Shown here: piece by piece, positions 16,762 through 26,123 of the stretch | Position numbering within the stretch: position 1 is the stretch's first letter | Layout: the number at the start of each line of letters is the position of its first letter | IMG/VR virus record: IMGVR_UViG_3300020195_000009 | Span: 186,001 to 250,000 of that record | Strand: one strand, 5' to 3' | DNA length: 64,000 nt | Made by a program: the position numbers and the translations under genes | The notes under the pieces: generated by a model | The model's database searches: none | Seen by the model: only the letters and a program-made list of their open reading frames with translations | Told to the model about the DNA's origin: nothing

Positions 16762-16952
16762 GGCTGGAAGAATCGAACCAGAGCGTGTTGCAACACACCT
16801 CAGACAGAGGTTGGGGCCTCACCGGAATTGGACCGGATCACGATCCATCGAGGATCGCTGCCACTAGGCGTACACCAACGTGTCGCCGGTCTCCTAACCG
16901 GGACTCTCTAGTTCTAAGGAGGGACGGGCGCTAGCAGCCTACCTCTCCTTTG

Positions 16953-17023
16953 CGTAACCGGAAGGAATCGAACCTTCTTACCCCAGGTTAACGGCCTGGT
17001 GCTGGCCATTCAGCTTCGGTCAC
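16953..17023 (-). tRNA. tRNA-Asn(GUU), C33 variant
   Basis: ccagg-cc-GTT-aa-cctgg. Confidence 0.78.
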
Positions 17024-17081
17024 ATTGACCCGACAGATGGGCGAAGTCTGGCCGTTAGGGGACCTTGCTTCCGTCAGGCGG

Positions 17082-17153
17082 CTCCGGGGGCACGAATCGA
17101 ACGTACATAGTACGAGTTAACAGCTCGCCTCATTACCGTTATGATACCCCGGA
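17082..17153 (-). tRNA. tRNA-Asn(GUU)
   Basis: gcgag-ct-GTT-aa-ctcgt. Confidence 0.88.
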
Positions 17154-17158
17154 AAAAA

Positions 17159-17370
17159 GAGGCGTGTTTCCACGACCTCCCCCGAGTCGGGCTTGCGCCC
17201 TTCCCGTAGGCTCGACTTCCCCTTGCGGGGTTGTCTTGCCTTACTTCTCTAGCAGGAGAGCACGCGCACCACAGTCCTCGGTCGCTGGAGCCCCCCTGTA
17301 TCATCGGGGGTCGATCACGGCACGAGCTGCGTCACCCCGTGAGGGCGATGCTGACGTACAAGTCCTGTTG
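17159..17370 (-). ncRNA. unassigned structured RNA candidate
   Basis: GNRA-capped hairpins cccc-GCAA-gggg, gggc-GCAA-gccc, cgtg-GAAA-cacg; no credible ORF. Confidence 0.45.
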
Positions 17371-17407
17371 AATTGTCAAAGGTCGAGGCCCACTCAAGTG
17401 AGTGGGT

Positions 17408-17481
17408 TGGTTCCGGTCTAGGGAGTCGAACCCCAATTAACGGCTTCAGAAACCGCTGTCTTGCCTTTGGACGAGACCGGA
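17408..17481 (-). tRNA. tRNA-Gln(CUG)
   Basis: gcggt-tt-CTG-aa-gccgt, CCA. Confidence 0.9.
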
Positions 17482-17499
17482 ATGAGAGTCTTTCCTTCG

Positions 17500-17573
17500 T
17501 GCATCCGGTGGGCAATGATCCCACAAACCTTCCGGGTAAGAGCCGGCTGCTCCGCCAATTGAGCTACGGATGC
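17500..17573 (-). tRNA. tRNA-Lys(CUU), atypical T-loop
   Basis: gccgg-ct-CTT-ac-ccgga; T-loop atcattg. Confidence 0.82.
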
Positions 17574-17598
17574 GTCACGTCGAGACCGTAGGTCTCGG

Positions 17599-17670
17599 TG
17601 GGACGCACCGGAATTGAACCGGCCCCTTGAGGATTAAAAGTCCCCTGCACCGCCTTGGTGCTAACGTCCC
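17599..17670 (-). tRNA. tRNA-Lys(UUU)
   Basis: gggga-ct-TTT-aa-tcctc. Confidence 0.9.
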
Positions 17671-17746
17671 TCGCTTTCTTTGGGCCCGGCTTTACCGGGC
17701 TTGGGCTTTTTGAGTTTCATGACCGTTGGAATCCTTCTTGAATCAG

Positions 17747-17829
17747 TGGGGCCGTCTGGAGTCGAACCAGCTAGCATTAAGCCCGTCGTTTACAGCGACA
17801 GTAGCCTTCCGAGGACTAACCCCGACCCC
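17747..17829 (-). tRNA. tRNA-Tyr(GUA)
   Basis: tgtcg-ct-GTA-aa-cgacg, long variable arm. Confidence 0.85.
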
Positions 17830-17970
17830 ATGAGATATGGAGAGTCGGAGCTACGATAGCTTTCACGGTTCATTGGATACACGTCTCCTGTGCGAGCGGG
17901 TTAGGCTCACGGAACACTTGTCTAGAACACCTCGGGTCCTTGGTCGGACCGGGCGAAATTCAAAAACCCT

Positions 17971-18009
17971 AAAACGCCGAAAGGCCGCTTGGTTTCCCAG
18001 GCGGCCTTC
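17971..18009 (-). terminator. intrinsic terminator / attenuator hairpin at the head of the RNA array
   Basis: gaaggccgcctgg-GAAA-ccaagcggcctttc followed by ggcgtttt; 5' strand can alternatively pair with aggcggcc at 18052-18045. Confidence 0.72.
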
Positions 18010-18050
18010 AGAAGAGTCGGGAGTTACCCCGTTCTAGCTTCTTTGGCCGC

Positions 18051-18230
18051 CTATCTACCCACCTCATTCGCATTTGCATGACGCTTTGAGGTGGGATACC
18101 AGGGGGTCGGGATCTGGGCCGTCGCGAGAGCAAAAAGTCCACAATCCAAACTTGTACCCTGGACGCACGAATCCACCGACGCTTTTAGCGTCCTGGCAGA
18201 TTGTGATTTGAGGGGGAGTCTGGAAGACAC
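18051..18230 (-). CDS. putative attenuator leader peptide (59 aa)
   Basis: AAGGA SD, GTG start, MSSRLPLKSQSARTLKASVDSCVQGTSLDCGLFALATAQIPTPWYPTSKRHANANEVGR, TAG overlapping the antiterminator. Confidence 0.62.
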   Translation of the reverse strand: MSSRLPLKSQSARTLKASVDSCVQGTSLDCGLFALATAQIPTPWYPTSKRHANANEVGR

Positions 18231-18263
18231 GGGGTTCCTTTTGGTACGGACGTTGACTCTTGC

Positions 18264-18293
18264 ACCCTAAGCCCTAGGGTGGGGGTCGGTCAA
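18264..18293 (-). promoter_or_regulatory. sigma70-type promoter of the RNA array
   Basis: TTGACC-N18-TAGGGT upstream of the leader ORF. Confidence 0.55.
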
Positions 18294-18359
18294 GGTCTTT
18301 TTTCTGAGGCCTGTCGATTTCTCAGCCACCCGAGAATCACCTTGTAAACCAGCTCAGAC

Positions 18360-18971
18360 GTGACTCTCCCCGCGAAGGCTCAGAGCTACCTCCGAACCGC
18401 CTCCCTGAAGTCGGCCCAAGGTCCCACCTTCCGGTGCGAGGTCTTCGGATCCGAGTGGGATCAGTTCGTGGAGTCCTGGCTCCCCCGCGTCTACACCTTC
18501 GTCGCCCAAGCTCTAGGGCCGTATGGTCGAGAGCCGCTGCCAACCATCTTGAAGCTACCCGACGGGATGCACATGAGCGGGGCAACGGCCAGCTTCGACA
18601 TGAGCACGGGTCAGGTCCGCATCTGTACCTCGGTTGAGGGGAACCCAGGTCAAACCCTGGAGAAGCTCACCCACGAATTCCTTCACGGCTCGTTGGCCTT
18701 GTTTCCTTCAGAAGACTGTTTTTATGATGAAGGTTTCGTAGACTATTCCACGTGGATACTTGCTCACGCTCCGGTCTACGGCGAGCACAAGCAAGGGATG
18801 ATTGACGCTGCGGCCTTCAACATCAAGATGCGCCGTGAGAGAGCCATGAGGGACCTCTCCGACTATGACCGGAAGCGGTGGGCCGGGGGCACCTTCGCTT
18901 CCCTTTGCCTCGGACCGATGATCCTCCACAAACTTAGGATGAAAAAGGCCGAGGGAGACTTCACGTGGTGA
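18360..18971 (+). CDS. HExxH zinc metallopeptidase-like protein
   Basis: LTHEFLH plus downstream DEG. Confidence 0.7.
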   Translation: MTLPAKAQSYLRTASLKSAQGPTFRCEVFGSEWDQFVESWLPRVYTFVAQALGPYGREPLPTILKLPDGMHMSGATASFDMSTGQVRICTSVEGNPGQTLEKLTHEFLHGSLALFPSEDCFYDEGFVDYSTWILAHAPVYGEHKQGMIDAAAFNIKMRRERAMRDLSDYDRKRWAGGTFASLCLGPMILHKLRMKKAEGDFTW

Positions 18972-19159
18972 AAAACGAAGGTGCTTTGATTCATCGCGTT
19001 GCAACGAAGTTTGCAGCTAAAGACCAGGCCGGGCTGTACCACGACGCGAAGAAGACCTACCAGAAGCTCACCGAGCTTATGAGCAGCTTCGACATCGAGG
19101 AGCCAGCGGGACGAGTTGAAGCTCATGCACCGCAAACTCAATGAGTGGGCCAAGAAGTT

Positions 19160-19729
19160 CTAATCTTCTTCGAGAAGATCCATCGCCCGGTCAAACACAC
19201 TCTGAGGCTTCTCTTCAAACGAGAAGAACTGGTCCGGTTCGTCACCCTCTTCAAGAGGTTCATCGGGGTCACGGTCCACACCACCGAGGACGATCCGCCA
19301 GTCATCACCCCCAAGACCGATACAGCGGACGCCAACCTTCGTGGAGTCCCACATTTTGACTGTCTCGCACGTGACGGGTTCAAGAAGGCAAGCGAGCCGC
19401 TTCAAGTTGACGATGACTCGGAAGAAGACACCTTGCCGTTGCTCTTCCTGGTCGAACTCCCGAAGCTCTGGGATCGGACCGACCCACTCCTTCAAACGAG
19501 GTAGCCCGACGACCTGAGACTCCCCCTTGAATTGGAGGTAAGCGAGGACCCGGTCCTTGTAGCCGGTGTCTACGGGAGGGAACCCGAGGTCCTTTTTTAC
19601 CGCCAAGATCCAAGCACCATCGGTGGCCACACTCCAGATGAAGCGACCTGACTTGACAGAGAACGGCTTGGCTCTCCAGGCTTCAGAGGCTGACGAGAAC
19701 GAAGGCAGACTCTTGACCAAGCTATCCAT
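19160..19729 (-). CDS. hypothetical protein
   Basis: 189 aa; VATDG motif, acidic C-terminus. Confidence 0.75.
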   Translation of the reverse strand: MDSLVKSLPSFSSASEAWRAKPFSVKSGRFIWSVATDGAWILAVKKDLGFPPVDTGYKDRVLAYLQFKGESQVVGLPRLKEWVGPIPELREFDQEEQRQGVFFRVIVNLKRLACLLEPVTCETVKMWDSTKVGVRCIGLGGDDWRIVLGGVDRDPDEPLEEGDEPDQFFSFEEKPQSVFDRAMDLLEED

Positions 19730-19970
19730 GTGGTACGTCTACATCCTCAGAAGCTCTATCACCAACAGGCTCTACACCGGGATCGCCTTAGACCCCAAAG
19801 CAAGACTCACCAAGCATAACGCCGGCAAGGGGGCGAAGTTCACCCGGACAGGACGACCTTGGGAGATTGTCTACATCGAGCCCGCTGAGTCCCAGGGGGA
19901 CGCCCTACGTAGGGAGCTGGCGATCAAGGCAATGAGCCGAGAGGCCAAGCTCCGACTCGCTATGGGGTGA
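19728..19970 (+). CDS. GIY-YIG nuclease (UPF0213-like)
   Basis: WYVYIL...LYTGIA..R...HNAGKGAKFTR..RPW...ALRRE..IK. Confidence 0.9.
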   Translation: MWYVYILRSSITNRLYTGIALDPKARLTKHNAGKGAKFTRTGRPWEIVYIEPAESQGDALRRELAIKAMSREAKLRLAMG

Positions 19971-21579
19971 TGGCTTCATCATCATTGGGGAGGGCGAACG
20001 CAAGACGGTGGACTTCTTGCTGGTGCTTGAAGTCCCGAACCTCTGTTAACGTCTTGTCGGTTCTAGCCCGTGCTGTCACCACGGATGGCTCTTCTTTCTC
20101 GATACCGATAAAATTGAAACCCTCTTCGGTGGCCGCCACACAAGTCGTACCAGAACCGCAGTAAGGGTCCAAAACTAGACCCTCCTTGGGAGTTACCATC
20201 CGAACGAGGTAGCGCATGAGCTTCACGGGTTTAACTGTGACGTGCTCGTTCTCCTCACCTGGCTCTAACCCCGCGTTCTTCTCCCCAGCATTGGGCTTCG
20301 GGACGTATTGAAACAGAGCGTCGGGCTCAAAATTGGGGAAGTAGCGGCTAGCGCCCCCTGAGTCTTTGATATTGGAGGGTCTCCTTTTGAAGCGCCACCC
20401 CATTCCTCGTGTGTCTTGCTTGTCCCCGGACCTTAAGTCCGGTCTGCTCGTTGTGGTCCCACTTTGCTCATTGAGAATACGGATGGGGCAGGCCGGGTGA
20501 CAATCCCAGGTCTCAATCTCCTCTTCTCCGTTTTCATCACCCATCGGGGTCGTTGTGTATTGGTGACCGGCGCCGTTACCAAACGGCTTAGCGCCGTCAT
20601 CGAAGCGATTGATAACGTGCGCCGGGACCTTCAGGGTCCCCGTCTTTTCACAAGCGTCCGAGTGGACGAAGATGACGTTGGGTGGGTAACGGCCCGATGT
20701 TGTGACCTCGTTGGCCCCAGACAAGTCTGAGCTGTTCTTCCATGAGTTGGCCATCGAGCCCCCACGAGCCTTGATGGCATCGACCCCCGCCTTGTGCTTC
20801 TCGAAGTCCTCTTTGCTGGAATGCTTGATCCTGGAGGCCTCGATGTTGATGCCCCCGGTCCCCGTCTTCAAGACCTGCTCAGCCACGGTCCCTTCGTCGA
20901 TGGGTTTGCGAAACATCAAAATGGGCTCCCAATAAGGCTTGAGGGCTGTCCCCCACCCATCCCATTCAGCAGCCTCAGGTGAGCCTGGAGTCGTCACAGG
21001 AAGGTCCACGTCCACCTGTTTGGCTCCGGCCCCGTAAGCCCCAACCCCCTTCGCCTCTTCCGTGTCGCCTTTCCCAGGTCGAGCAATCTTGTTCAGATTC
21101 TCTCCCCCTTTTCCCCGTTTGGTTCCAACAATAGGACGCTCGACCCCGAGCTTCTTGTCGATGGCCTTCCCGATGTCCGTAGACTTCGGCATTCCCTGAG
21201 CCCGGATCCAACGGAAGACAGGTGGGCCGAACTCCGCGTCAATCTCATCCCGCTTCTCAAAGCCAGCAGCCCGGAGCCCGATCGAGATGATGTCTTGCGT
21301 TTTTGTAGCAGCAAAGGAAAGTAGGTGGCCGCCTGGCTTGAGGACCCTGAAGCATTCTCTCCACACGGGAACCGAGGGGATCTCCCAGTCCTTATTCATG
21401 AACTCCCCAAGATCGAGGTTTGCCCCTTGGAGGTAGGCAATCATCTCTTCGATGGTCGGCTCCCGCGTACCGAGCCCGTACGGAGGATCGGTCACGATCG
21501 CGTCGACCGAGGCGTCAGGGAGGGTTCGGAGAACGTCCAGGCACTTGCCGTGGATGATGGTGTTGACGGGTAATTCCAC
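19960..21579 (-). CDS. N4/N6 DNA methyltransferase (beta class)
   Basis: TDPPY, RVLKPGG, HVTVKP, LVLDPYCGSGTT. Confidence 0.95.
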   Translation of the reverse strand: MELPVNTIIHGKCLDVLRTLPDASVDAIVTDPPYGLGTREPTIEEMIAYLQGANLDLGEFMNKDWEIPSVPVWRECFRVLKPGGHLLSFAATKTQDIISIGLRAAGFEKRDEIDAEFGPPVFRWIRAQGMPKSTDIGKAIDKKLGVERPIVGTKRGKGGENLNKIARPGKGDTEEAKGVGAYGAGAKQVDVDLPVTTPGSPEAAEWDGWGTALKPYWEPILMFRKPIDEGTVAEQVLKTGTGGINIEASRIKHSSKEDFEKHKAGVDAIKARGGSMANSWKNSSDLSGANEVTTSGRYPPNVIFVHSDACEKTGTLKVPAHVINRFDDGAKPFGNGAGHQYTTTPMGDENGEEEIETWDCHPACPIRILNEQSGTTTSRPDLRSGDKQDTRGMGWRFKRRPSNIKDSGGASRYFPNFEPDALFQYVPKPNAGEKNAGLEPGEENEHVTVKPVKLMRYLVRMVTPKEGLVLDPYCGSGTTCVAATEEGFNFIGIEKEEPSVVTARARTDKTLTEVRDFKHQQEVHRLAFALPNDDEAITP

Positions 21580-21605
21580 GAGGAGACCCTACACCAATCA
21601 GCGAG

Positions 21606-22412
21606 TCAGTTGTCAGCGATGTACTTCTTGAGAACCTTCGTCAAGGACTTCTGGATCTTTGACGTATAAGTCTTCTGCCAGTTTGCGTAGCTCATCCCAG
21701 TCTCTTCGAGAAATGGGAGCATCCGGCCCCGTACAATCTCGGCGGGCTTGAGGCCATCCTCTATCAGGAGCTTGAAGTAGAGAGGCAGGTCCGGGAGAAG
21801 CCTGGGATCCACGGAGGTGGCGAGGTCTCGTTCGACGTCCTTGAGGACCGACTCCGGGATTTCTTTCCCCAGCTCATCCCAAACGTCGGGGTTCTCAACC
21901 TTGTCTTCGAGGATCTTCTCTATCCCCTCTTCATCCGTAAGGGATACCTCACGACCTTTGCTTCTCACCATGTTGAGACCAATGCGGTACACGGCGGTGA
22001 AGAAAATCTTTCGAGCCTCCACTAGGGTCTTCCCCTCAAGGCTTTTACCTAACGTTGCGTTGGTGGTGAGCTTGAGAACCCCCTCCATCATCACATCGGA
22101 AACGAAGTCCACGTTCTTGAACTTGCTCAAGAGGGTCTTGTAGATCAGGCTCCCGTAGTCAGAGCCATACCCGTGAGGGATCTTTCTGTCGATCTCTTTG
22201 GGAGACTTTGGCTTGTGGTTCTCTGCCGGCCCCCCTTTGATGGGGGGCATGTCCATGACACCGTACATCAAAAACAACCCGTAGACGGCCTTCCCAAACC
22301 CATCACTCTCCACCGAGGCGAGTGTGGTGAGAAACCCCGCAAGCCTGAAGCCCCAGGGAAGGTTGGCGTAGACCTTACGACGAAGGGCGAGAGCAGCGGT
22401 GATGAGACTCAT
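21606..22412 (-). CDS. hypothetical protein
   Basis: Long ORF with phage-like codon usage. Confidence 0.75.
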   Translation of the reverse strand: MSLITAALALRRKVYANLPWGFRLAGFLTTLASVESDGFGKAVYGLFLMYGVMDMPPIKGGPAENHKPKSPKEIDRKIPHGYGSDYGSLIYKTLLSKFKNVDFVSDVMMEGVLKLTTNATLGKSLEGKTLVEARKIFFTAVYRIGLNMVRSKGREVSLTDEEGIEKILEDKVENPDVWDELGKEIPESVLKDVERDLATSVDPRLLPDLPLYFKLLIEDGLKPAEIVRGRMLPFLEETGMSYANWQKTYTSKIQKSLTKVLKKYIADN

Positions 22413-22444
22413 CACCCCCATCAAAGGACAAGTAGATTCTGAGG

Positions 22445-23683
22445 TCAGGCCGTGAGGAGGTGGAGCAGTGACTGTGGGAGCGAGAGCTTCTGCACAACCT
22501 CGGGGAGCGTGTAGCCGTCTGCGAGGAGGGAGAGGATCTTCTCCTGGGTCTTGTCCGTGTCCTTGTCCGAGAAGTCCACGTCCCGGATGTCTTCCTCTCC
22601 CGAAGCGATGAGCTTGCTCGTGTGGTAGAGGTCGACCATATCATCGGGACGGCAACGGCTATCCTCAAGGAACGAATCCCAGGAGGTCCCATCCTCGTTG
22701 TTGCCGTGGTACTCTTCCTTGTATCGACGAGACCTCGTACGGCACCAGTTGGCGTAGATGTTGTGGACCGATCGAGCCAAGTAGAGCTTGAAGATGGGTC
22801 CGTTCTTAGAGACGAACGGAACCATCACCGTCGTTTGCTTCTTGCAACGCTTTTCTCGTTCGGGATCCTCACGGTAAGCCTTGAATTGCTCGATGTCTTT
22901 GCTGAGGTAGACGGCCTTCTGCGACGTGTACCCGCCTTCGATAGGCCGAAGTGCTCCCGTTGACTTGCGACGAACTCTGGACTCCGGGGGGTTCATCATG
23001 TGGACGCAACAGAGGCAGGTGGTCCGGTAGTTGTCGACCGAAGCTTGAAACTGCCCTGGCACCCGCTCCGCGATCCAGAAGACTCGATGCCTAATGGAAA
23101 TCCCGAAGCGATCCTTCATTTGCTGGCGGATCGCCTTCCACTTGGACTCCTTCGGTTTCAGGGAGACCTTCACGGTCTCATCTCCGAAATACACGAGAAG
23201 CTGCTGGAACTCGGCAACCCCATCAGTCTTGGTCGCCTCCTTCTTTTTCAGGACCACCAGGTTCTTTTGGAGTCGATCCATATCCTTGCCGCAACGCCAG
23301 CAGATCCCACGATCCCGCTCGAATACAAGCTTGATGATTTTTGAGGGTGCCCGCATCGCGTCAGCCACGCGATCATCTCCGATCTTGAATCGCCAGATCG
23401 CAGTCTTGAAGGCAGGGAAATTCATCTGGAGGTAGGCGCACGCCTGAGGAGCAGTCATGGTCTTCGGGAGGGTGCCCCCGGCCCGATGGTACTTCTCGAT
23501 GAGCTTGGCCTCAAAAATCTTGAGCCAGACATGCTGGAGCAAGTCTTTGAAGTTCGTACTCACCCGATTGTACCGGGTGACGAGCCTGGTGACGTACGGC
23601 TCGTAGTGACGAACAAGGTCGTTATTGTCCGTCGGGACATAATCGACCAGGATACCGCTGTTTTTTGAAAGTCCTCTTGCCAT
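22445..23683 (-). CDS. sigma-factor-like protein with internal HNH-like insertion
   Basis: Region 2-like YEPYVTRLV...KDLLQHVWLK and FKLYLARSVHNIYANWCR; VFERDRGICWRCG insert; C-terminal HTH LLADGYTLPEVVQKL. Confidence 0.65.
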   Translation of the reverse strand: MARGLSKNSGILVDYVPTDNNDLVRHYEPYVTRLVTRYNRVSTNFKDLLQHVWLKIFEAKLIEKYHRAGGTLPKTMTAPQACAYLQMNFPAFKTAIWRFKIGDDRVADAMRAPSKIIKLVFERDRGICWRCGKDMDRLQKNLVVLKKKEATKTDGVAEFQQLLVYFGDETVKVSLKPKESKWKAIRQQMKDRFGISIRHRVFWIAERVPGQFQASVDNYRTTCLCCVHMMNPPESRVRRKSTGALRPIEGGYTSQKAVYLSKDIEQFKAYREDPEREKRCKKQTTVMVPFVSKNGPIFKLYLARSVHNIYANWCRTRSRRYKEEYHGNNEDGTSWDSFLEDSRCRPDDMVDLYHTSKLIASGEEDIRDVDFSDKDTDKTQEKILSLLADGYTLPEVVQKLSLPQSLLHLLTA

Positions 23684-23811
23684 AGTGCCCCTCCCCACTA
23701 GGACACTTGAGGGGCCTTGATTATCAACTCGGGTTGTCAAATGGGTCGTCATACGTGAGCCCTGGTCTTACCCGGCACAGCTAAGTAGTGTCAAGGGAAG
23801 AAGTGACAAAA

Positions 23812-23865
23812 TTACCCACATAACCTGTGGAAAACACGGGGACATTGGGGACACCCTGTGGGTAA
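23812..23865. promoter_or_regulatory. three DnaA-box-like motifs
   Basis: TTACCCACA (23812), TGTGGAAAA (23826), TGTGGGTAA (23857) in a divergent intergenic region. Confidence 0.45.
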
Positions 23866-23925
23866 CCTGGGTGTGGTTTTCGCGTCTCGTTCGAGACCCC
23901 CTGGTAAGTTGAGGCGGATTGCTGC

Positions 23926-24519
23926 ATGATGAACTTCGACGTGATCGAAAACGACGAAGAAAACGCCCTATCCGACGAGGAGTTGGAGGACACCCCTTCG
24001 ATTCTCGCAGAGATGGAAGCGCTCCAGGCTATCTTTGACGTCGATTTCAACGCAGGCCCAAAAGATAGAGCTTTGGCGCTCGCACGACAAGCATTGGATC
24101 TGAAGCAAACTCCTTCAAATACAGAAGGGCGGCTCACTGTTGTAGCGCTATCCCACTGTTTAGGGGCTCCCCGAGAGGATCTTGTTTTAGTTCCGCCTGT
24201 TCCTGGAGAATCTTGGACACGTAGGACCTTTGAGGCTCTAGCGTCGGGCTGGATGAGGTGGTTGACGCTTGCTGACACGGAGGTTCTCCGAACGATTGCC
24301 AACATGCACCCCGAAGAGGACGGGAGTGAGGATGATGGTGCCGCAGAGACCCTTTGTCTGAACTTCTGGGCGAGGGCCATCGAGCTACTGGTTCAGGGTC
24401 AACCTGAGGAAGCCAAGAGGTTCTTCGAGAGGGCTACGGAAGTAGGCTCTCAGTTTGGGACCAGGACCAACCCTTCGGTCTGTTGGTCCTACGCGGCTAG
24501 CTTCTTCCCTAGAGGGTAG
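23926..24519 (+). CDS. hypothetical protein
   Basis: 197-aa ORF. Confidence 0.7.
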   Translation: MMNFDVIENDEENALSDEELEDTPSILAEMEALQAIFDVDFNAGPKDRALALARQALDLKQTPSNTEGRLTVVALSHCLGAPREDLVLVPPVPGESWTRRTFEALASGWMRWLTLADTEVLRTIANMHPEEDGSEDDGAAETLCLNFWARAIELLVQGQPEEAKRFFERATEVGSQFGTRTNPSVCWSYAASFFPRG

Positions 24520-24868
24520 AGCGCCCGTACCTAGCGGCCACCCCAAGAACAACCGAGAGGGCTATTTCTATCCGACGTACTTGCGGCTCGGGGAGGAACT
24601 CAAAGGGCGTCAGGTACGGGTGCCCTATCGACCACCCAAGCTTCATCATCGCTCGGACCCAAGATCCATGAAGGTTGGGGAGGTTTCGTTCCCCCTGGAG
24701 GACCCAGAGGACGAAGCTCCGCTCAACCTCTTGAAGAGGGTCATCTAATTCATCCCAAGCTAAGTCCAAGACATTAGGGGTCCCGGTCCCTAATGCGTAG
24801 CTATATATCCTTGTTACCTCGTGCTTTGCTCTCGCACAGCGGTCAACAAGTTCCTCTTCTGCCAGCAT
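24509..24868 (-). CDS. hypothetical protein
   Basis: 119-aa ORF. Confidence 0.6.
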   Translation of the reverse strand: MLAEEELVDRCARAKHEVTRIYSYALGTGTPNVLDLAWDELDDPLQEVERSFVLWVLQGERNLPNLHGSWVRAMMKLGWSIGHPYLTPFEFLPEPQVRRIEIALSVVLGVAARYGRSTL

Positions 24869-25497
24869 CCTGATTGAGGCAAGTCATCGATTCTTCTTCG
24901 AGGTCATCTTCGTTGTCTTCTTCTTCTAGGTGGGGTGGGTTGATGTTATCGAGGTGGGTGTTGATCTCGTTGTTGTTGTTTTTGGTTTCGGCTTCGCCAA
25001 CCAAGTAGGTGGATCAATTTAATGATCATGATCTACTAGGAAGAGGATCGTGAATCAGGATGGATCCTCTAAGGGTCTACTGAGCCCCAGCCCTCTTGGA
25101 GACAGAGGGGCTCTTTGGTCCATGGGGGAGTCAAAGGGGATCCCGCCCCTCCTATGCCCTTCCTTCGAGATCAGCCCCAGGGTCGAGTAGCTTCTTCCCA
25201 GAGCTGGAGCAATCCATCCTCGCAGGCAGGAAAGACCCCTCGTTGGCCACAAGAGCCTCAGAGGTCGAAGAGAACCTTCCGCAGAGAAAGACAGATGACC
25301 CTCTGCGAACCGAACAACGGAGCTTTGCGGTTGGTGTTCTCAGAAGCATGAGACCAACCGACTCCCTCATGGGGGAGCACGGAGCCCTATAACCTTGCCC
25401 CCGGTCATCTCGGGGCGGGTCTCCATACACCAAAAGATCCGGCTCCACCAAACCGCTCTTGATTAGTCTTCTTTTATACCCCTTCCAAGGAGAAACG

Positions 25498-25824
25498 ATG
25501 TCCCACTTTCCCAGCATCGTGGAATTTGCCGACGTAAAAGATAGCCCAAAGGTCCGAATGACCCTCCCTGGACCTCTTCTGATTGGGACGAAGCTCCTGC
25601 TGAATCTCGTTGTCCGCCGAAAGAACGGATCTCGCTCAGAGGAGCTTCACGTTCAAGGTGAATTTAGAGTCAAGGCGAGTGCCTTTGACGCGACGGGTCC
25701 TGTTCGTCAGGTTGTCTCAGTAGAGGCGACCAAAATCGCCCCGACTTGGAGGTCGGTAAAGAACGCTCTTGGTACAAAGCGGAAGCCTCCGCCGGCCAGA
25801 GCGCCTCGAACCGTCATTGCATGA
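25498..25824 (+). CDS. hypothetical protein
   Basis: SD AAGGAG, ATGA-coupled to next gene. Confidence 0.7.
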   Translation: MSHFPSIVEFADVKDSPKVRMTLPGPLLIGTKLLLNLVVRRKNGSRSEELHVQGEFRVKASAFDATGPVRQVVSVEATKIAPTWRSVKNALGTKRKPPPARAPRTVIA

Positions 25825-26123
25825 TCCCTTCGACTGGACCTTTCCGACTGCCGACAAACCTTCCCAAGGCCATCTGGGTGCCGAGTGGGAGCCTGATGGT
25901 TTATCGCGGCTCTCCAGTTGAGATTGTAAGGCAGATGGTGGCCGTTGGGCCTCACCCCCCACCCCAACTCCGTGAGTCCCTTCAGAGGCTTACCAGAGAG
26001 CTGGCAACAGCCCGTCGGGTCTTCATCCAGCTACCATGGGATCAAGACGAAGAAGTCTTATCCTCCCTTTTCCTACATGCGCTCCTTCAGATCGGCATCG
26101 GGAAGCCGGTCCCTAAGGCTTGA
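25821..26123 (+). CDS. hypothetical protein
   Basis: MIPSTGPF..., coupled start. Confidence 0.65.
   Translation: MIPSTGPFRLPTNLPKAIWVPSGSLMVYRGSPVEIVRQMVAVGPHPPPQLRESLQRLTRELATARRVFIQLPWDQDEEVLSSLFLHALLQIGIGKPVPKA

Noticed and set aside
22800-23480. Intein in the sigma-like gene
   Set aside because: No recognisable C/S start or HN-C/S/T end motifs
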